Notes: a model not told the origin generated them from the letters alone. A stretch of DNA of 64,000 nt from Vulcanimicrobiota bacterium (GCA_050250895.1 JBFWNU010000005.1:192001-256000); one strand, 5' to 3'. Counted from the stretch's first letter, positions 19,092 through 30,495 are shown. Made by a program: numbers and translations.

Positions 19092-20714
19092 ATGGCCGTG
19101 ACCATCACCGAGAATCTCGCTTTGATCGACCGCTGGCGCGGCGAGCCCGCGCCGCTGCTGCCTATTTTGCATGCTTTCCACGACCGTGACGGCTATCTCT
19201 CCGACCAGGTTCTCAGAGACGTGGCTCGCGAGTTGCGCATTCCCATCGCCGACCTGTTTGGCACGGTCACCTTCTATCACCACTTCGCCCGCACGCCGGG
19301 AGGCAAGGCTCGTCCCCGCGTCTGCACCGGGCCGGTCTGCTGTTTGCGCGACGCCCACCAGTTGGTGAAAGACCTCGATGGCGACGAGATGCCTTGCGCC
19401 GGCCGCTGCGACCACGGCATCCCCGTGTTGCGGGGCGACCAGGTGTTGATGGCTCCGAGCCTCGAGGCCGAACCCTCGCCCCTGCCGGCCCCCAATCCCG
19501 GCGGCCACACCGAGTGTGTCTTTGCCAGGATTCGCCAGCCCGGCCGAACCACGCTGGCCGGCTATGGTCCCTACCGCGGCCTCGAGCAGGCTCGCCAGTT
19601 GGGCAGTGCCGGGGTGATCGAGCTGCTGCTCGAGAGCAAGCTGGCCGGACGCGGCGGAGCCGGTTTTTCCACCGGCACCAAGTGGAAGCTGGTGGCCGAG
19701 GCCCAGGGCCATCCCAAGACCATTGTTTGCAACGCCGACGAAGGCGAACCCGGCTGCTTCAAAGACCGGGTCATTCTCGACTACGAGCCCCACGCTATCC
19801 TCGAAGGGATGGCCATCGCCGGGGTGGCCACCGGCGCCAGCCGCGGCATCATCTATCTTCGTTACGAGTATCCCGACACCATGGCCGTGCTCGAGCGAGC
19901 CCTGAACGAAGCCGACGCGATTTTGGGGGATTTCAAGATCTACCTGCGCCGCGGCGCCGGGGCCTACATTTGCGGTGAAGAGACCTCGCTACTCAACAGT
20001 CTCGAAGGCAAGCATCCCTTTCCCCGCAACCGCCCGCCTTTTCCCGTCACCCATGGCTTCGAAGACCTGCCCACGGCGGTCAACAACGTCGAAACACTGG
20101 CCTCGGTGCCGGCCATCTTAGAGAAGGGGGCCGAGTGGTACCGCAGCCTTGGCCTCAACGGGCAGGCTGGGACCAAGATCATCAGCCTGTCGGGCGACAT
20201 CCGAAAGCCTGGTAACTATGAGGTGCCTCTCGGCTTGCCTTTGCAGACTTTGCTCAACGACTGGGCCGGTGGGCCTGGTCCGGGGCGGACCATCCAGGCG
20301 GTGACCATGGCCGGCTTGTCCGGTGGCTTTCTGGCCGGAGACGACCTCGAGGTAACCCTCGACGAGCCCAGCATCCGGGCCAAAGGCTCGTTCTTAGGGG
20401 CGGGGGGCATCATGGTCTTTGACGACCGCCGCGACATGGTCGAGGTGGCCCACCAGGCTATGACGTTCTTTGCCCATGAGTCGTGCGGCAAGTGTTTTCC
20501 CTGTCGCATCGGCACCCAGCGGCTCAAAGAGCGTTTGGGAGGCGAAGCCGGCCCCGGAGAAGGGCAAGCCTGGCGCCAGGAGGTGGCCGAGATCGGCCGC
20601 ACCATGAAGGGCCTGAGCGCCTGTGGCCTGGGCATGGCCGCGCCCCTGGTAAGCGAGAGCCTGGTTCGATATTTTCCCGAGCAGATCGACGAGCACGTGA
20701 GGAGAAACGCATGA
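19092..20714 (+). CDS. NAD-linked formate dehydrogenase beta/gamma subunit (NuoE-NuoF fusion)
   Basis: VTFYHHF, CTGPVC, GRGGAGF, NADEGEPG, GAGAYICGEET, ESCGKCFPCRIG. Confidence 0.92.
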   Translation: MAVTITENLALIDRWRGEPAPLLPILHAFHDRDGYLSDQVLRDVARELRIPIADLFGTVTFYHHFARTPGGKARPRVCTGPVCCLRDAHQLVKDLDGDEMPCAGRCDHGIPVLRGDQVLMAPSLEAEPSPLPAPNPGGHTECVFARIRQPGRTTLAGYGPYRGLEQARQLGSAGVIELLLESKLAGRGGAGFSTGTKWKLVAEAQGHPKTIVCNADEGEPGCFKDRVILDYEPHAILEGMAIAGVATGASRGIIYLRYEYPDTMAVLERALNEADAILGDFKIYLRRGAGAYICGEETSLLNSLEGKHPFPRNRPPFPVTHGFEDLPTAVNNVETLASVPAILEKGAEWYRSLGLNGQAGTKIISLSGDIRKPGNYEVPLGLPLQTLLNDWAGGPGPGRTIQAVTMAGLSGGFLAGDDLEVTLDEPSIRAKGSFLGAGGIMVFDDRRDMVEVAHQAMTFFAHESCGKCFPCRIGTQRLKERLGGEAGPGEGQAWRQEVAEIGRTMKGLSACGLGMAAPLVSESLVRYFPEQIDEHVRRNA

Positions 20715-23422
20715 ACGCGACCAAAACGCTGACCCTGACCCTGGATGGAGACGAGGTCACCTTCAGCGAAGGAGAGACCCTCTATGAGGTAGCCCGGCGG
20801 CACCGCAAAGACGTGCCCACGCTGTGCTACGACCCGCGTTTAGAGCCCTTCGGTGGCTGCCGCATGTGTGTGGTCGAACTAGAAGGCTCGCGTAATCCCG
20901 TGGCTTCGTGCACCATGAAAGCCACCCAGGGCATGGTCGTGCGGACCCACACCCCCGAAATCGAAAGCCACCGCAAGACTCTGCTCGAGATGGTGGTCTC
21001 CGAGAATCGCCAGGTCGAGGTCGACCCGCTCAGCGGTTACGCCTCCCAGGAACTCAAGACTCTGGTGGACCGCTACCAAGCCGACACGGGCCGCTTCAAA
21101 GGGCGCCGTTCGGGCCAGTCCAACACCGACGACGAGAACCCGTTCATTCTGCGAGACTACGACCAGTGCATCTCGTGCTATCGCTGTGTGCGGGTGTGCG
21201 CCGAGCAGGAAGGCGATTACGCCATCAGCGTGATGAACCGGGGCTTTGATACCCAGATCACCACCGAGTTCGAGGGCCTGCTCAAAGACTCGCAGTGCAC
21301 TTTTTGTGGGCAGTGTGTGCAGACTTGCCCGACCGGTGCCCTGGCCGATCGCAAGGCCCTGCGCCATCAAGACAAGCCGGCCGAGACCAAGCTGACTCGC
21401 ACGATCTGCGCCTATTGCGGAGTAGGCTGCTCGGTGGACCTGATGACCCGCGACAACACCATCGTGGGCGTGCTGCCGGCCATGGATGGGCCGGCCAACG
21501 AAGGGGCCCTGTGTGTCAAAGGCCAGTTTGCCTATGACTTCGTCCACCATCAAGACCGCCTTACCAGCCCCTTGATTCGCGAGGGGGACGGCTTTCGCAA
21601 AGCCAGCTGGGATGAGGCTCTGACCGTGGCCGCCAGGGGCCTCGGCCAGGTGGTCGCCGAGCACGGTCGCCACAGTCTTTACGCGGTAGCCTCGGGTCGG
21701 ACCCCGAGTGAAGCCTGCTATCTGATGGGAAAATTCGTCCGGGTGGGGATGGGAACGAACTACATAGACAACTGTAGCCGTGCTTGACACGCTCCCACGG
21801 TCGCCGGTCTGGCGGCCCTGATTGGTCGGGGAGCGATGTCGAACCCCCTCAAGGATATGGAAAAGCCCGATGTGATCTTCTGCATCGGCACCAACATGAC
21901 CGAGTGTCACCCGGTGGCGGCGACTCGCATCAAGAAGGCGCTAGCTCGCGGAGCGACCCTGATCACGGCCGACCCCCGTCGCATCCGGCTGGCCGAGATG
22001 GCTCATGTCTATCTGCCTTTGCGCGTGGGCAGCGATACGGCCTTGCTGCTGGGCATGGCCCACGTCATCGCCCGCGAGGGCCTGATCGACCGCGACTTCA
22101 TCGCCGAGCGCACCGAAGGCTACGAGGCCTTCGCCAGCCACGTGGCCCAATTCACTCCCGAGTGGGCCGAGACCATCACCGGCGTGCCAGCCGCCGACAT
22201 CGAGCAGGCAGCCCTGCTCTATGGCCGCGCCGAGCGCGGAGCCATCTTCTATACCCTGGGCATCACCGAGCATATCTGCGGCGTCGACAACGTCCAGAGC
22301 CTGTGCAACCTGGTGTTGATGACCGGCAATATCGGGCGCGAAGGGGTCGGCATCAACCCCATGCGCGGTCAGAACAACATCCAGGGAGCCGGTGATTCGG
22401 GAGCCCTGCCCAACAACTACGTGGGCTTTCAGCCGGTCACCGACCCGGCCAACCAGGCCAAGTTCGAAAAGGCCTACGGCCGCAAAGTCGACCTCGAGAA
22501 GGGCATCACCAAGGTGACGGCCCTGCAAGAGTGTGGCAAGAGCATTCGAGCCATGTTCATCGACGGCGAGAACACCCTGGTGTCAGATCCCGACCGGGCC
22601 CACTGCGAACACGCTCTCAAGAGCCTCGATTTTCTGGTGGTAGCCGACATCTTCATGACCGAGACGGCCCAGTTGGCTGACGTGGTCTTGCCGGCCTCGT
22701 CGTGGGGCGAGACCGACGGCGTGTGCACCAATTCCGAACGGCGGGTGCAGCGACTCAGGGCCGCCGTCAATCCGCCCGGAGAAGCCCGCCCCGACTGGTG
22801 GCTCATCTCGCGGCTGGCCCAGAAGATGGGCTGGGAAGGCTTCGACTATGAGAGCGCTGCCGAAGTGTTCGCCGAGATGTGCGAGCTTTCGCCCATTTAT
22901 GGCGGCTTGAGTTGGGAGCGCATCGAGCACGGCGAGTACCAATGGCCCGTGCCGGAACCGGGTCACCCGGGCACGCCGGTGCTGCATGAGGACGAGTTCG
23001 TCAATGGTCGTGGCAAATTTGCCATCGTTGGCTATCGCGATCCGGCCGAGACCATCAGCCCTGACTACCCCGTCTGGCTGACCACCGGCCGGCGCCTCGA
23101 GTCCTACCACACCCGCACCCAGACCGGTCGCTCGGCCGGCATCGACTACCTGTTGCCGGAAGAGAGCCTGGAGGTGCATCCCGAGGATGCCCATGCCTGG
23201 GGCCTGGCCGACGGGGCCTGGTGCTCGATGGCCAGCCCTCGAGGCTCGGTGCAAATCCGGGTCAAGGTGACCGACCGCTCCCCCCGGGGCACGGTCTTCT
23301 CGAGCTTTGCCTTCAACGACGTGCCCATCAACATCCTCACCGGCGGCGGCTACGACCCCATCACCCACACGGCCGAACTCAAAGTCTGCCCCGTGCGCAT
23401 CGCAAGAAGCGAAGCTCGCTGA
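20711..23422 (+). CDS. fdhF: Formate dehydrogenase alpha subunit, selenocysteine-containing (Sec at TGA 21785-21787)
   Basis: N-terminal 2Fe-2S/4Fe-4S motifs, CAYCGVGC; DNCSRA-TGA-HAPTVAGL matches FdhF C-x-R-x-U-H; both ORF pieces in the same frame; SECIS follows. Confidence 0.92.
21788..21835 (+). promoter_or_regulatory. Bacterial SECIS element
   Basis: GGTCGCC-GGTCT-GGCGGCC apical hairpin 11 nt after UGA, inside a CGCTCCC/GGGAGCG lower stem. Confidence 0.8.
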
Positions 23423-23556
23423 GCTCGCTTCGGGAGAAGAAGCGCTTGCTTCGCTCGCGGGAAAAGGAGCGGCGTGAGCCGCTCTTCCTGTCGACGCGCA
23501 GCGTCGAGGTCTCCGCGTAGCGGCTCCTTTTTCCTCGGCGGCGCCACCGCCCGACA
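23410..23556. repeat. Modular palindromic intergenic repeat (REP/BIME-like), copy 1
   Basis: Modules CTTGCTTCGCTCG, GTCGACGCGCAGCGTCGA, CCGCGTAGCGGCTCCT shared with 43685-43940. Confidence 0.75.
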
Positions 23557-23568
23557 GGCGTACAGGCG

Positions 23569-23598
23569 TTGACTAGCCGCGACTCCTAACATTATACT
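23569..23598 (+). promoter_or_regulatory. sigma70-type promoter
   Basis: TTGACT-18-TATACT followed by AT-rich leader. Confidence 0.55.
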
Positions 23599-23650
23599 TG
23601 AGAAGTAAAATAAATGTTGCATTAAGTTAAGTTGAATAGAGATTAAAAGT

Positions 23651-24250
23651 GTGAATAAGAGTTTGAAGCCGTTGACGGAAGCTGGCCCCCTGGAGGATCG
23701 GTTGGCTGAGGTACAATCGACTGTCGAGGGGATATGGGGGAGCTCTGACTTTCATCCCCTGGTCGAGTTGCGCCATGCTAAAGACAATCGTAAAGTGCGA
23801 GCTGATTCTAATCAGGCCTACGACTTAGAGCAGATCGTGATTCAGGTGTCCTTCCAGCGCCGCCAAGCAGACTTTGACGAGGTCGGCCGATTGTTTGTCG
23901 AAGCCTTGTCGCAAGTCGAATCTACGCGTCCGTTCGTTTCCCTCAAGTGGTTTCGTGATACCTACCTTCCCGAAGAGTTGGGAGGCGTGTTCTCCCGGCC
24001 CGAAACGCGTAGCCAAACTCTTACCGAGCTTATCGAGGGAGGGCTCGTCACGGTCGGTAGCGTGCCGCATCCCGATCCTGCCAAGCCCTACTCGACGACG
24101 ACCATCAATCTCAATCATCGTCACCGCTCTGTACGCGCCATTCTCGACCAGCCGAATGCAGTGCCAGCGAGAGGCTCAGGCAGCCGTTTTCGACCACGAC
24201 GGTTGAAGGGTGAGCCTTTATCCAAAACCGTGCTCGATGAGCGCCGATGA
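23651..24250 (+). CDS. Putative antitoxin, unusually large (winged-helix-like core + VapB-like tail)
   Basis: Overlaps PIN gene (ATGA); ends GEPLSKTVLDERR, typical of VapB tails. Confidence 0.55.
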   Translation: MNKSLKPLTEAGPLEDRLAEVQSTVEGIWGSSDFHPLVELRHAKDNRKVRADSNQAYDLEQIVIQVSFQRRQADFDEVGRLFVEALSQVESTRPFVSLKWFRDTYLPEELGGVFSRPETRSQTLTELIEGGLVTVGSVPHPDPAKPYSTTTINLNHRHRSVRAILDQPNAVPARGSGSRFRPRRLKGEPLSKTVLDERR

Positions 24251-24681
24251 GGATTTATTTCGACACCAGCGCCGTTGTGAAGCTCTTCGTTCTCGAGGAG
24301 GGCACAGACGCCACCATCAAAGTAGTGTCTGGCCCTGGCGAGCTTTATCTCTTGTCGCTCGCCAGAGCAGAGTTTCACTCGGCAGTGCAGAGAAGATTCA
24401 GAGACGGTGACCTTTCCGCAACAGAACGGACCGAGCTACTCGAGACTTTTGACAATCAAATAAATCAGGAATTTATTATCCAGCCAACTACTGATGGGGT
24501 CGTGAGTCGGGCCTTGTATCTCTTGGAGAGATACCCACTGCGTGCCTACGATGCCCTTCAACTGGCCGGATGTCTGAGTCTGGCCAAGCCAAAAGAGATT
24601 ATTTTCGCGTGTGCTGACGACCGGCTGTTGGCGGCCGCGGGTGGTGAGGGGTTGCAGACTTTCAATCCACTCAATCCCTGA
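24247..24681 (+). CDS. vapC: VapC PIN-domain toxin
   Basis: IYFDTSAVVK, LRAYDALQLA, FACADDRL. Confidence 0.92.
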   Translation: MRIYFDTSAVVKLFVLEEGTDATIKVVSGPGELYLLSLARAEFHSAVQRRFRDGDLSATERTELLETFDNQINQEFIIQPTTDGVVSRALYLLERYPLRAYDALQLAGCLSLAKPKEIIFACADDRLLAAAGGEGLQTFNPLNP

Positions 24682-24703
24682 GCAATTCCTGGGGCGGCGG
24701 GCG

Positions 24704-25237
24704 CTAGTCTTCGACGGGCACCAGCGTACCGTTGATGACCAGGTAGCCGACTTCGGTCTCGAGGTGTTTCTTGCTGTCGGTGTGGCCGAAGCTGGCCAGT
24801 TTGGCCATTTCGGCCCGGGCCGCGGCGTCCTTGGCCAGCTTGTCTTCGACCTGTTTCTCGACGGTCCTGAGCAGGTCTTCATAAAGTTTGACCTCGCTCT
24901 TGCGGAAGGGAAACTCGATGGCTCGCTCGGTGGCCCGCATGTCGGCCGATACCATCACCCAGCCGGAGGCGATGGCCCCTAGCGTGCCGGCGGCGGCCAC
25001 TCCTAGAGCCAGGGCCGGCGAGACGCTTTTGAGCAGCAGCCCAGCGCTAACACCGACGCCCAGACCGCCAACCAGCCCGCCAAAGGAAAGCTTCTTCTGG
25101 CGCAGGGCCGATTGATAGTCGGCCACGTGCAGGTCCAGGCGATCGCGGGCGCCGGCCACGGCCTCTTCGGCCTCGGCGATGGTGCGGATCGGCTTGAAAG
25201 GCTGGCTGTGAGGAGGAGCGAGGGGACTGACTTTCAT
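24704..25237 (-). CDS. Hypothetical membrane protein (2 TM)
   Basis: Gly-rich hydrophobic hairpin; adjacent to upstream gene stop. Confidence 0.65.
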   Translation of the reverse strand: MKVSPLAPPHSQPFKPIRTIAEAEEAVAGARDRLDLHVADYQSALRQKKLSFGGLVGGLGVGVSAGLLLKSVSPALALGVAAAGTLGAIASGWVMVSADMRATERAIEFPFRKSEVKLYEDLLRTVEKQVEDKLAKDAAARAEMAKLASFGHTDSKKHLETEVGYLVINGTLVPVED

Positions 25238-26311
25238 CTATTCGTGGCGGATGACCGCGTTGTCGAGAAAGCCCGACCCGTCGATGCGGACACCGTTCTC
25301 GGTGCGGGTCACGGTGGCGTCGTTCCAGGGACCGGGATGGGAAATCTCGAGTCGGCCGTCGGTGTTCTTGATGGTGATGGTGTTGAGGATACCGTTGCTG
25401 TCCATGGTGACCTGGTCACCACAGAAGAAGGCGCTGGTCTGGTTGAGGGGGCCATCGGGGTCGATGTGGTAGGCGTTTTCGGTCTTGCTGATGTTGGTGT
25501 GGTTCCAGAAGAGTCCCGGTTCGGTCACGCGCAGGTTGTTGCCGTCGCGGGTGATGGTGATGGCGTCCCAGCCGCCGAAGCCGTGGGGGTCGATGGTGGT
25601 CTGGTTGCCGTGGCGGGTGATGGTGATCGAGTTCCATTTACCCAGGCCCCAGGGGTCGATCTTGGTCTGGCCGCTACCCTCGGTCACTTTGATCGAATTC
25701 AATACGCCAAAGCCCTGGGCGTCGACCTTGACCTCGCTGCCCTGGCGGTCGATGGTGATGTCGTTGAGCCAGCCGTCGGGCTCGAGCAGGGTCTTGCCCT
25801 GGGCCGGTTCGACCAGCGGGCCGCCGAAAGCGCGGGCCGGGATCATGGCCAGGTTGCCGTTGGTGTCGAAGAACAACCCATCGCCCAGGTAGACACCGAT
25901 GGGGGAACGATCGACCTTCACGGTGCGCGTTTGGGTCTCGCCGTTGCTATCGGTGTAGGTCTCGGTGTAGGTCTGGCGGACGATGTCGACGCTGCCCATC
26001 TGCTCGGGAATGACTTCGACCCTCATCTCGCCCTGATTGGTTTCGGTCGACCAGGTCGAAGAGTTGCATTGCGAGGCCGGGGGAGGAGTGGCCGCCGGGG
26101 GTAGTGTCGCCAGTCCACCAGCTACCACGGCCAGTCCACCCAGGGCCAGTAAAGCTTTGGCTTTGCCCGACATCGGTCTGGCCGAAGAAGAGCCGCTCAG
26201 ACTGACCACGTCAAGCCGTGTGGGGGTCGGATTTGAGCCGGCGCGGGCTCCGGGGGGAGCCACGCGGGGGTCGACGGTCGGATTCTTGGCAACCGGATGA
26301 AAGTTGATCAT
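25238..26311 (-). CDS. Membrane-anchored beta-repeat protein
   Basis: TM segment then ~10 repeats of 18-20 aa (ITITRxGNxTxIDPxG). Confidence 0.75.
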   Translation of the reverse strand: MINFHPVAKNPTVDPRVAPPGARAGSNPTPTRLDVVSLSGSSSARPMSGKAKALLALGGLAVVAGGLATLPPAATPPPASQCNSSTWSTETNQGEMRVEVIPEQMGSVDIVRQTYTETYTDSNGETQTRTVKVDRSPIGVYLGDGLFFDTNGNLAMIPARAFGGPLVEPAQGKTLLEPDGWLNDITIDRQGSEVKVDAQGFGVLNSIKVTEGSGQTKIDPWGLGKWNSITITRHGNQTTIDPHGFGGWDAITITRDGNNLRVTEPGLFWNHTNISKTENAYHIDPDGPLNQTSAFFCGDQVTMDSNGILNTITIKNTDGRLEISHPGPWNDATVTRTENGVRIDGSGFLDNAVIRHE

Positions 26312-26480
26312 GGGCTCAATCTACCCCGGACGGCTTAAACAATCCTGACAGGTGGCCAGCGCCGTCGTCTCCTCTGCTCCGGTAGTCTCGTGGGCAGGCT
26401 GCAGCGTCTTCCCGCAGGCTTGGCGGCCTGGTAACTCTCTCGCAAAATCAGCGTAACCTCGGACGCCGAGAATGGCCTCT

Positions 26481-26855
26481 ATGAGTATCACCATCCAGGC
26501 CATCCGACCACAGCAACAGGCTCCGGTGAAAGGATGCAGCGTGCATCCGAACATGCTCGACAAACTGCGAAGAGCCGGGCTCGAGGAGCGGCAAATCCTG
26601 ACGGATGCCCGCCCTCTGATGGGTTCGTCGGCCCGCGAGAACCTCGAAGGCCGAGGCTTCGCCCTCGAGTCCGAGTCTGACGAGCAGGTTATTCTCGGCT
26701 TGGGGCAGCCGCAACTATACCTATCCGGTCAACGAGCCGTGCTCAAGAGCAACGGCGCGGTCGAACTGCTGACCTTCGCCGAACGGTGGGTCCAAATCAT
26801 CCGCGTCGACGCGCTCGGTCGAGTCGAGCACAACAGCATCCAGAAATTGCCTTAG
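26481..26855 (+). CDS. Hypothetical protein
   Basis: Fills intergenic gap; MSITIQAIRP... plausible composition. Confidence 0.55.
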   Translation: MSITIQAIRPQQQAPVKGCSVHPNMLDKLRRAGLEERQILTDARPLMGSSARENLEGRGFALESESDEQVILGLGQPQLYLSGQRAVLKSNGAVELLTFAERWVQIIRVDALGRVEHNSIQKLP

Positions 26856-26927
26856 GGCAAGAAGGTGAGCCGGCCGCGCCGACGGTAACCGGAGGAGTTC
26901 CATGGCTGACCGTCCAAAAGACGATCC

Positions 26928-29900
26928 GTGAACATGCCGTCGCAGGTCAAACCGTATAAACCACGCCACCACGTGCGGATCGTGAGCGCGGCCTCGCTTT
27001 TCGACGGTCACGACGCGGCCATCAACGTCATGCGTCGTCTGATGCAGACCTCTGGCTCTGAGGTGATCCACCTCGGCCACAACCGCTCGGTAGCCGAGAT
27101 TGTTCGGTGCGCCATCCAGGAGGATGTGCAGGGCATCGCCATCACTTCCTACCAGGGTGGCCATGTCGAATACTTCAAATACATGATCGACCTGCTCCGC
27201 CAGGCTGGCGCCAAGACCAGGGTGTTCGGGGGCGGGGGAGGCACCATCTTGCCCGCCGAGATCGACGAGCTTCAGGCTTACGGCGTGGCCCGGATCTACT
27301 CGCCCGATGACGGCCGAGCCATGGGCCTTCAGGGTATGATTAACGACGTTATCACGCAGTGCGATTTCGAACTGCGCACCCCTGACTTCGACGCCCTGCT
27401 ACCGGGGCTTGGCCAGCGCGACCCGGGCTCCATTGCGGGACTGATCACCATTGCCGAGAATTTTCCCGAGGCCGGAGATAAGCTGCGCTCAGCCCTGGCC
27501 GCCCTTCCGACGAATACCCGGCGGGCGCCGGTGTTGGGCATCACGGGCACGGGCGGTTCGGGTAAGTCGAGCCTGGTCGACGAGTTGGTGCGCCGCTTCT
27601 TGGCCGAGCCGGGCGAAAAAACGGTCGCCATCCTTTCGGTCGACCCGTCCAAGCGAAAGTCGGGTGGCGCTCTCTTGGGCGACCGCATCCGCATGAACTC
27701 CATCGACCATCCCCGAGTCTACATGAGGTCTTTGGCCACGCGCCAGTCAAACCTGGCGCTCTCCAAGCATGTCGGAGAGTCGATCGAGATTTGTCGAGCC
27801 GCCGGTTTTGATCTCATCATCGTCGAGACCTCTGGAATCGGTCAGTCAGACACGGAGATCACCGAATTCTCGGATGTCTCGCTTTACGTCATGACGGCCG
27901 AGTATGGGGCTGCCACGCAACTCGAGAAGATCGACATGCTCGACTTCGCCGACGCCATTGCCATCAACAAGTTCGACAAGCGCGGCTCGCTCGACGCCCT
28001 GCGCGACGTCAAGAAGCAGTGGAAGCGCAATCACCTGGCTTTCGAGACGGCCGATGAAGAGATTCCCGTCTACGGCACCATCGCCTCGCAGTTCAACGAC
28101 CCGGGCATGAACCGGTTATATGTCGAGGTGATGAAGATTGTGGCCAGCCGGGTCGAAGCTGCTTTGGAGCCTTCCCTCGAGCTGACCCCGGGGATGAGCG
28201 AAAAGCGGTGGATCATCCCTCCCGAGCGCACTCGCTACCTGGCCGAGATCGCCGAGACCTGCGACAAAATCGAGGCCTTCGTCAAACAGCAGGCGGCCAT
28301 CGCTCGCAAGATGTATCAGTTACGCGGCAGCCTCGAGACGCTGCGCGAAGGAGTGGGCAAGAAACGTCTTGACATCGTCGAGCCGGAGGGTCCTTCCGAC
28401 ACGGTGCAGGTGACCCAGCGAGTGGAGAGCGAGCCCCAATGGCTAGCTCAACTCGAAGAGGCCTACAGCGACCTCGAGGCCCATCTGGCCCCGGAATGCA
28501 AGAAGCTTCTGGACGAATGGCCCACCACCAAAGCACGCTACGCGGCCTCCAAATACCAGTTTCAGGTGCGTGACAAGGTGTTGGAACTCGATCTGGTCAG
28601 TGAGACTCTTTCGCACCTGCGCATTCCCAAGGTATCGCTACCCAGGTATGAGGACTGGGGAGACCTGCTGGTGTGGCTGCTGCGCGAGGCCCCGCCTGGA
28701 CAGTTTCCGTTCACCGCCGGCGTGTTCCCGTTAAAGCGCGAGAACGAAGACCCGGCCCGGATGTTTGCGGGCGAGGGTGGGGCCGAACGAACCAATCGCC
28801 GATTCCACTATGTATCGCGCGGACTGCCGGCCAAGCGGCTCTCGACGGCCTTTGATTCGGTGACGCTCTATGGCGAAGACCCCGATCACCGCCCCGACAT
28901 CTATGGAAAGGTCGGCAATTCGGGAGTCTCCATTGCCAACGTAGACGACGCCAAGAAACTCTATTCGGGTTTTGACCTGGCCAACGATTCCACCTCGGTT
29001 TCCATGACTATCAACGGACCGGCTCCGATGCTGCTGGGCTTCTTTCTCAACGCCGCTATCGATCAGTCGTGCGAGAAGTGGATCAAGAGCCAGGGCGACG
29101 AGATGGTGACCGAAGTCGAGCAGAAGATCGATGGTCTGTATGCCGAGCGGGGCCTGCCGCGGCCACGCTACCAGGGTTCTTTGCCTGAGGGCAACGACGG
29201 CCTGGGCTTGATGCTCCTGGGAGTCTCGGGCGACGAAGTCCTGCCCCGCGAGGTCTATGAGCGGATCCGTGCCGCCACTCTTTCTAAAGTGCGGGGGACG
29301 GTGCAGGCCGACATCCTCAAAGAGGATCAGGCTCAGAATACCTGCATTTTCTCGACCGAGTTCAGTCTCCGCCTGATGGGCGATATCCAGCAGTATTTCA
29401 TCGACCATAAGGTCCGCAACTTCTATTCGGTTTCTATCTCGGGCTACCACATCGCCGAAGCCGGGGCCAACCCTGTCTCTCAACTGGCCTTTACGTTGGC
29501 CAACGGCTTCACGTTCGTCGAATACTACCTCTCCCGGGGGATGCACATCGACGATTTCGCGCCCAATCTCTCCTTTTTCTTCTCCAACGGCATGGACCCC
29601 GAGTACACCGTGATCGGGCGGGTAGCCCGCCGTATCTGGGCCCGCACCATCCGCGATAAGTACGGGGGCAACGAGCGCTCCCAGAAGCTTAAATACCATA
29701 TTCAGACCTCGGGACGTTCGCTCCATGCCCAGGAGATCGCGTTCAACGACATCCGCACCACCCTGCAGGCGCTGCTGGCGCTGCAAGATAACTGCAACTC
29801 GTTGCATACCAACGCCTACGACGAGGCCATCACGACCCCCACCGAAGAGAGCGTGCGGCGGGCCCTGGCCATCCAACTCATCATCAACAAGGAATTCGGC

Positions 29901-30392
29901 CTGGCCAAGAACGAGAACCCTATCCAGGGTTCGTTCATCGTGGAAGAGTTGACCGATCTGGTCGAGGCCGCCGTGCTGGCCGAGTTCCGTTCGCTTTCCG
30001 AGCGAGGCGGCGTCTTGGGCGCGATGGAGCGGATGTACCAACGCTCCAAGATCCAGGAAGAGTCGTTGTACTACGAGACCCTCAAGCACAGCGGGGCTCT
30101 GCCGCTCATCGGCGTCAATACATTTCTCGACCCCCAGGGGTCTCCCACCATCACCCCTCCCGAGGTGATCCGAGCTACCCAGGCCGAGAAAGACTATGCC
30201 ATCGAGGCTCGCGATGCGTTCTGGAAGCGGAACGCTAGCCGCGGACCCGTCGCTCTCGAGCGACTTCAGCAGTGTGCCGTGGAGGGCGGCAATGTCTTCT
30301 CGGAATTGATGGAGGCCTGCAAGGTATGCACGCTGGGCCAGATCTCCTCAGCCCTCTACGAGGTCGGCGGCCAGTACCGGCGCAACATGTAG
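26928..30392 (+). CDS. icmF: Fused isobutyryl-CoA mutase/GTPase IcmF
   Basis: B12 motif [14 protein letters not shown]-domain GTGGSGKSS, mutase [29 protein letters not shown]. Confidence 0.96.
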   Translation: MNMPSQVKPYKPRHHVRIVSAASLFDGHDAAINVMRRLMQTSGSEVIHLGHNRSVAEIVRCAIQEDVQGIAITSYQGGHVEYFKYMIDLLRQAGAKTRVFGGGGGTILPAEIDELQAYGVARIYSPDDGRAMGLQGMINDVITQCDFELRTPDFDALLPGLGQRDPGSIAGLITIAENFPEAGDKLRSALAALPTNTRRAPVLGITGTGGSGKSSLVDELVRRFLAEPGEKTVAILSVDPSKRKSGGALLGDRIRMNSIDHPRVYMRSLATRQSNLALSKHVGESIEICRAAGFDLIIVETSGIGQSDTEITEFSDVSLYVMTAEYGAATQLEKIDMLDFADAIAINKFDKRGSLDALRDVKKQWKRNHLAFETADEEIPVYGTIASQFNDPGMNRLYVEVMKIVASRVEAALEPSLELTPGMSEKRWIIPPERTRYLAEIAETCDKIEAFVKQQAAIARKMYQLRGSLETLREGVGKKRLDIVEPEGPSDTVQVTQRVESEPQWLAQLEEAYSDLEAHLAPECKKLLDEWPTTKARYAASKYQFQVRDKVLELDLVSETLSHLRIPKVSLPRYEDWGDLLVWLLREAPPGQFPFTAGVFPLKRENEDPARMFAGEGGAERTNRRFHYVSRGLPAKRLSTAFDSVTLYGEDPDHRPDIYGKVGNSGVSIANVDDAKKLYSGFDLANDSTSVSMTINGPAPMLLGFFLNAAIDQSCEKWIKSQGDEMVTEVEQKIDGLYAERGLPRPRYQGSLPEGNDGLGLMLLGVSGDEVLPREVYERIRAATLSKVRGTVQADILKEDQAQNTCIFSTEFSLRLMGDIQQYFIDHKVRNFYSVSISGYHIAEAGANPVSQLAFTLANGFTFVEYYLSRGMHIDDFAPNLSFFFSNGMDPEYTVIGRVARRIWARTIRDKYGGNERSQKLKYHIQTSGRSLHAQEIAFNDIRTTLQALLALQDNCNSLHTNAYDEAITTPTEESVRRALAIQLIINKEFGLAKNENPIQGSFIVEELTDLVEAAVLAEFRSLSERGGVLGAMERMYQRSKIQEESLYYETLKHSGALPLIGVNTFLDPQGSPTITPPEVIRATQAEKDYAIEARDAFWKRNASRGPVALERLQQCAVEGGNVFSELMEACKVCTLGQISSALYEVGGQYRRNM

Positions 30393-30451
30393 CCCATCCG
30401 GCTGAATGCGCGACATCCCGGCGCCCGTCCATCGAATTGCAGCTATGGAAT

Positions 30452-30495
30452 GGTGATGTGTTGACATCGCCATGATGATGCTCTAGCATCATAGG
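30452..30495 (+). promoter_or_regulatory. Leaderless TA promoter/operator
   Basis: TTGACA-17-TAGCAT-6-ATG; palindrome ATGATGCT-CT-AGCATCAT over -10. Confidence 0.75.

Noticed and set aside
21785-21787. FDH pseudogene / two separate genes
   Set aside because: The stop falls exactly at the Sec position and is followed by a SECIS.
26440-26480. sigma28-like promoter (GCCGAGAA)
   Set aside because: No properly spaced TAAA -35 element; too weak to call.
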